From the NCBI GenBank assembly GCA_026397595.1, contig JAPLUO010000197.1, forward strand, positions 1 to 59,466: a stretch of DNA of 59,466 nucleotides, in the 5' to 3' direction. The stretch is from a candidate division WOR-3 bacterium. Its GTDB lineage: Bacteria > Hydrothermota > Tepidihabitantia > Tepidihabitantales > Tepidihabitantaceae. The notes under the pieces were generated by a model, which worked only from the letters and a program-made list of their open reading frames with translations, did no database searches and was not told the DNA's origin. Positions 57,351 through 59,466 of this stretch are shown one piece after another; position 1 is the first letter of the stretch, and each line of letters begins with the position of its first letter. Made by a program: the position numbers and the translations under genes.

Positions 57351-59466
57351 ATGGCGAAAGCGACGCCTGCGTTTGAGCCCTACAGCCTGCAGCCGGTAAC
57401 CGGCGACGACCTCATCGGTCGGGATGCCGACAAGCAGGAGCTCCAGCGCCTGCTATCCGGCAGGGCCAAGGTCATCATCCTGACCGGCGAGCGCGGCATC
57501 GGCAAGACCTCGCTCCTGATGACCATTCCGTCCCTGGTCGAGAACATGGAGTGGATTCCGCAGTACAATGCGGCCACTGGCGGCGAGTTCTGGGAGACGC
57601 TTGGCGCCCAGCTTGCCGGTCTGCTTCATGCTGCAAAGAGGCTGGGTACATGGCGGTTCGATGGCCTTATCCCCATAGCGGATTTACTCGGGTTGCCGCC
57701 TGTGCCGTCATTGCCGGCGAAGCTATTCACCATTGAGCGTACCGGCGCAGCGGAGCCGGACTTCACCCGATTCCTCAAGGTCTGCGCCAAACTGAAGACA
57801 CGGCGCAAGCCCGTCTGTATCCGCGTCGAGAGCGCGCACCTCATGAAACCGACTGACCACGTCTGGCTGATGGAGTTGTGCCGGGAGTCCGGGAACCTAT
57901 TTGTCATCCTCGAAGCTCCCAGCAACGAACTGGACAAGCTAGATGGTTCGGTACGCAAGGCGGCGTCAGAGCTTCCTCTCGGGCGCCTCTCCGAGAAGGC
58001 TGCCCGCGAACTCGTGCAACGCGGCAAGTTCTTGGAGGACGGCGCGGTCAAGCGCATCGTCAAACTGGGTGAGGGTAGTCCATACTACCTGCAGAACGTC
58101 TGCTGGGTTCTCTGGCAGCGTCACAACTCGGGGCGGTCGGACGAAATCCCTCACATCATCGAGCATCTCGACGCGAGGGACCTGACCGACAAGCTGAAGG
58201 TCGTGCACGGCGAGGTTGTTGGAAGTCTGGGGCGGCCTGCAGCTCAACTGGCTCAGGACCTTGCCATCGTGCCGGCGGCGTTTACCGATGCAATCGCGCG
58301 ACAGTTCACGGGGCTGAAGGCTAAGGACTACGCCGGGGCGCTGCAAGAACTGCTCGACCGCTGCATCGCAGTACAAGAGGGTGAGACGATGCACCTGTAC
58401 CATGGCCGGTTCCGCGAACACCTGCGTGACGTCCAGCACCTGACTGCCGCGGAGGTCGGCAAGCGCTACCTGAAGGCGGCAAGAGCGCTGACCGCGGACC
58501 CGCCGGTTGAACTCGTCCTGCTCGAAGTCTACGACGACGCGCCGCTGCTCAACGAACTCGTTCGAGTCGTGACTCACCCGAATGCGCTGAGCAAACTGGC
58601 GTCCCGTCTCTATGTCAACGGTAGGACGGCCGAGGCACTGGCGACGTGGCAGCGGTTGCTGGACCTCGCCGGAACCGACAAGGTCTGGCGCTCCGCCGCC
58701 CTCGGCAACATCGGGCTCATCTTCAGCGACAAGGGCGAACCCAACAAGGCGCTCAAGTACCTAGAAGAAGCGCTGGCGATACTCCGTGAAATCGGGCATC
58801 AGCAGGGCGTGGCGAGCGCCCTTGGCAATATCGGGAACATCTTCAGCGACAAGGGCGAATCCGACAAGGCGCTCAAGCATCTCGAGGAAGCACTGGCGAT
58901 AGACCGGGAAATCGGGTATCAGCAGGGCGTGGCTGCCCATCTCGGCGACATCGGGCTCATCTTCATCGGCAAGGGCGAATCCGACAAGGCGCTCAAGTAT
59001 TTCGAGGAAGCACTGGCGATAGACCGTGAGATCGGGTATCAACTGGGCGTGGCGAACCATCTCGGCAACATCGGGAGCATCTACATCGGCAAGGGCGAAC
59101 CCGACACGGCGCTCAAGTACCTTGAGGAGGCGCTGGCGATACACCGTGAAATCGGGTATCAGCAGGGCGTGGCGAACGGCCTCGGCAACGTCGGCCGCAT
59201 CTACATCGACAAGGGCGAGCCCGACAAGGCGCTTAGGTACTTGGAGGAAGCGCTGGCGATAGGCCGCGAAATCGGACACCAGCAGGGCGTGGCGAACGGC
59301 CTCGGCGACATCGGGACCATCTACCGCGACAAAGGCGAACCCGACAAGGCGCTCAAGTACTTGGAGGAAGCGCTGGCGATAGACCGGGAAACCGGGCATC
59401 AGCAGGGCGTGGCGGCCCATCTCGGCGACATCGGGCTCATCTACCGCGACAAGGGCGAACTCGACA
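57351..59466 (+). CDS. STAND-like P-loop ATPase (Arch_ATPase/Orc-like) fused to a TPR array; 3' end beyond the window
   Basis: I translated this manually; it is absent from the ORF track because it has no stop in the window. It reads MAKATPAFEPYSLQPVTGDDLIGRDADKQELQRLLSGRAKVIILTGERGIGKTSLLM..., then GEGSPYYLQNV, and from about 58690 at least seven 40-aa TPR units. Confidence 0.8.
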   Translation, partial: MAKATPAFEPYSLQPVTGDDLIGRDADKQELQRLLSGRAKVIILTGERGIGKTSLLMTIPSLVENMEWIPQYNAATGGEFWETLGAQLAGLLHAAKRLGTWRFDGLIPIADLLGLPPVPSLPAKLFTIERTGAAEPDFTRFLKVCAKLKTRRKPVCIRVESAHLMKPTDHVWLMELCRESGNLFVILEAPSNELDKLDGSVRKAASELPLGRLSEKAARELVQRGKFLEDGAVKRIVKLGEGSPYYLQNVCWVLWQRHNSGRSDEIPHIIEHLDARDLTDKLKVVHGEVVGSLGRPAAQLAQDLAIVPAAFTDAIARQFTGLKAKDYAGALQELLDRCIAVQEGETMHLYHGRFREHLRDVQHLTAAEVGKRYLKAARALTADPPVELVLLEVYDDAPLLNELVRVVTHPNALSKLASRLYVNGRTAEALATWQRLLDLAGTDKVWRSAALGNIGLIFSDKGEPNKALKYLEEALAILREIGHQQGVASALGNIGNIFSDKGESDKALKHLEEALAIDREIGYQQGVAAHLGDIGLIFIGKGESDKALKYFEEALAIDREIGYQLGVANHLGNIGSIYIGKGEPDTALKYLEEALAIHREIGYQQGVANGLGNVGRIYIDKGEPDKALRYLEEALAIGREIGHQQGVANGLGDIGTIYRDKGEPDKALKYLEEALAIDRETGHQQGVAAHLGDIGLIYRDKGELD
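58690..59466 (+). repeat. 120-bp tandem coding repeats (TPR units), highly similar at nucleotide level to 30190..31560
   Basis: For example GGCGAACCCGACAAGGCGCTCAAGTAC...GAGGAAGCGCTGGCGAT recurs in both arrays. Confidence 0.85.

Noticed and set aside
1-59466. tRNA, rRNA or other structured RNA genes
   Set aside because: The intergenic regions are short or occupied by repeats and promoters. By eye I found no cloverleaf-like or rRNA-like sequence. A covariance-model scan was not possible, so small RNAs cannot be excluded.

Overview
High-GC chromosomal window from a diderm bacterium. TamA/TamB, a porin-like protein and two cargo proteins with T9SS C-terminal sorting domains suggest an FCB-superphylum-like, probably uncultivated lineage. 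There is no rRNA or tRNA here, so the lineage cannot be assigned. Small-motif coordinates were counted by hand and may be off by 1-2 nt. Layout: (i) 0.4-22.4 kb is an O-antigen/exopolysaccharide-type locus: wecB, a Wzz-like co-polymerase, Wzx, Wzy, four GT4, one GT2, a porin-like OMP and four polytopic GT-C-like membrane proteins. polA and a sugar-nucleotidyltransferase remnant are embedded in it. (ii) 22.5-28 kb is housekeeping: MerR, gpsA, plsY, two hypotheticals, a frameshifted apgM and a stand-alone PurH IMP-cyclohydrolase domain. (iii) 28.2-31.8 kb holds an Orc/Cdc6-like AAA+ ATPase plus a protein with a 12-13-unit TPR array. A fused ATPase-TPR paralog starts at 57351 and runs off the right edge. 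(iv) 31.9-32.7 kb is a repeat island with a 24-bp array and a 25-unit, 12-bp-phased array. (v) 32.8-57.1 kb holds an ICMT-like methyltransferase, hutU (in-frame TAG), tamA, a split tamB, priA (degenerate helicase motifs), fusA, a SAM methyltransferase, mtnA with a duplicated 3' end, and a cyclophilin / M14 peptidase / Kelch T9SS-cargo operon. The most unusual signal is a family of about 18 degenerate tandem arrays with a 7-nt period between 31.9 and 56.3 kb. Many sit in frame inside conserved genes (hutU, priA, tamA, peptidase, Kelch protein, a signal peptide). Others fill intergenic spacers as inverted arrays. Other recurring patterns are sigma70-like TTGACA-16/17-TAnnnT promoters placed 5-9 nt from start codons (leaderless architecture) and two single-gene insertions, each bracketed by diverged direct duplications of a flanking gene.
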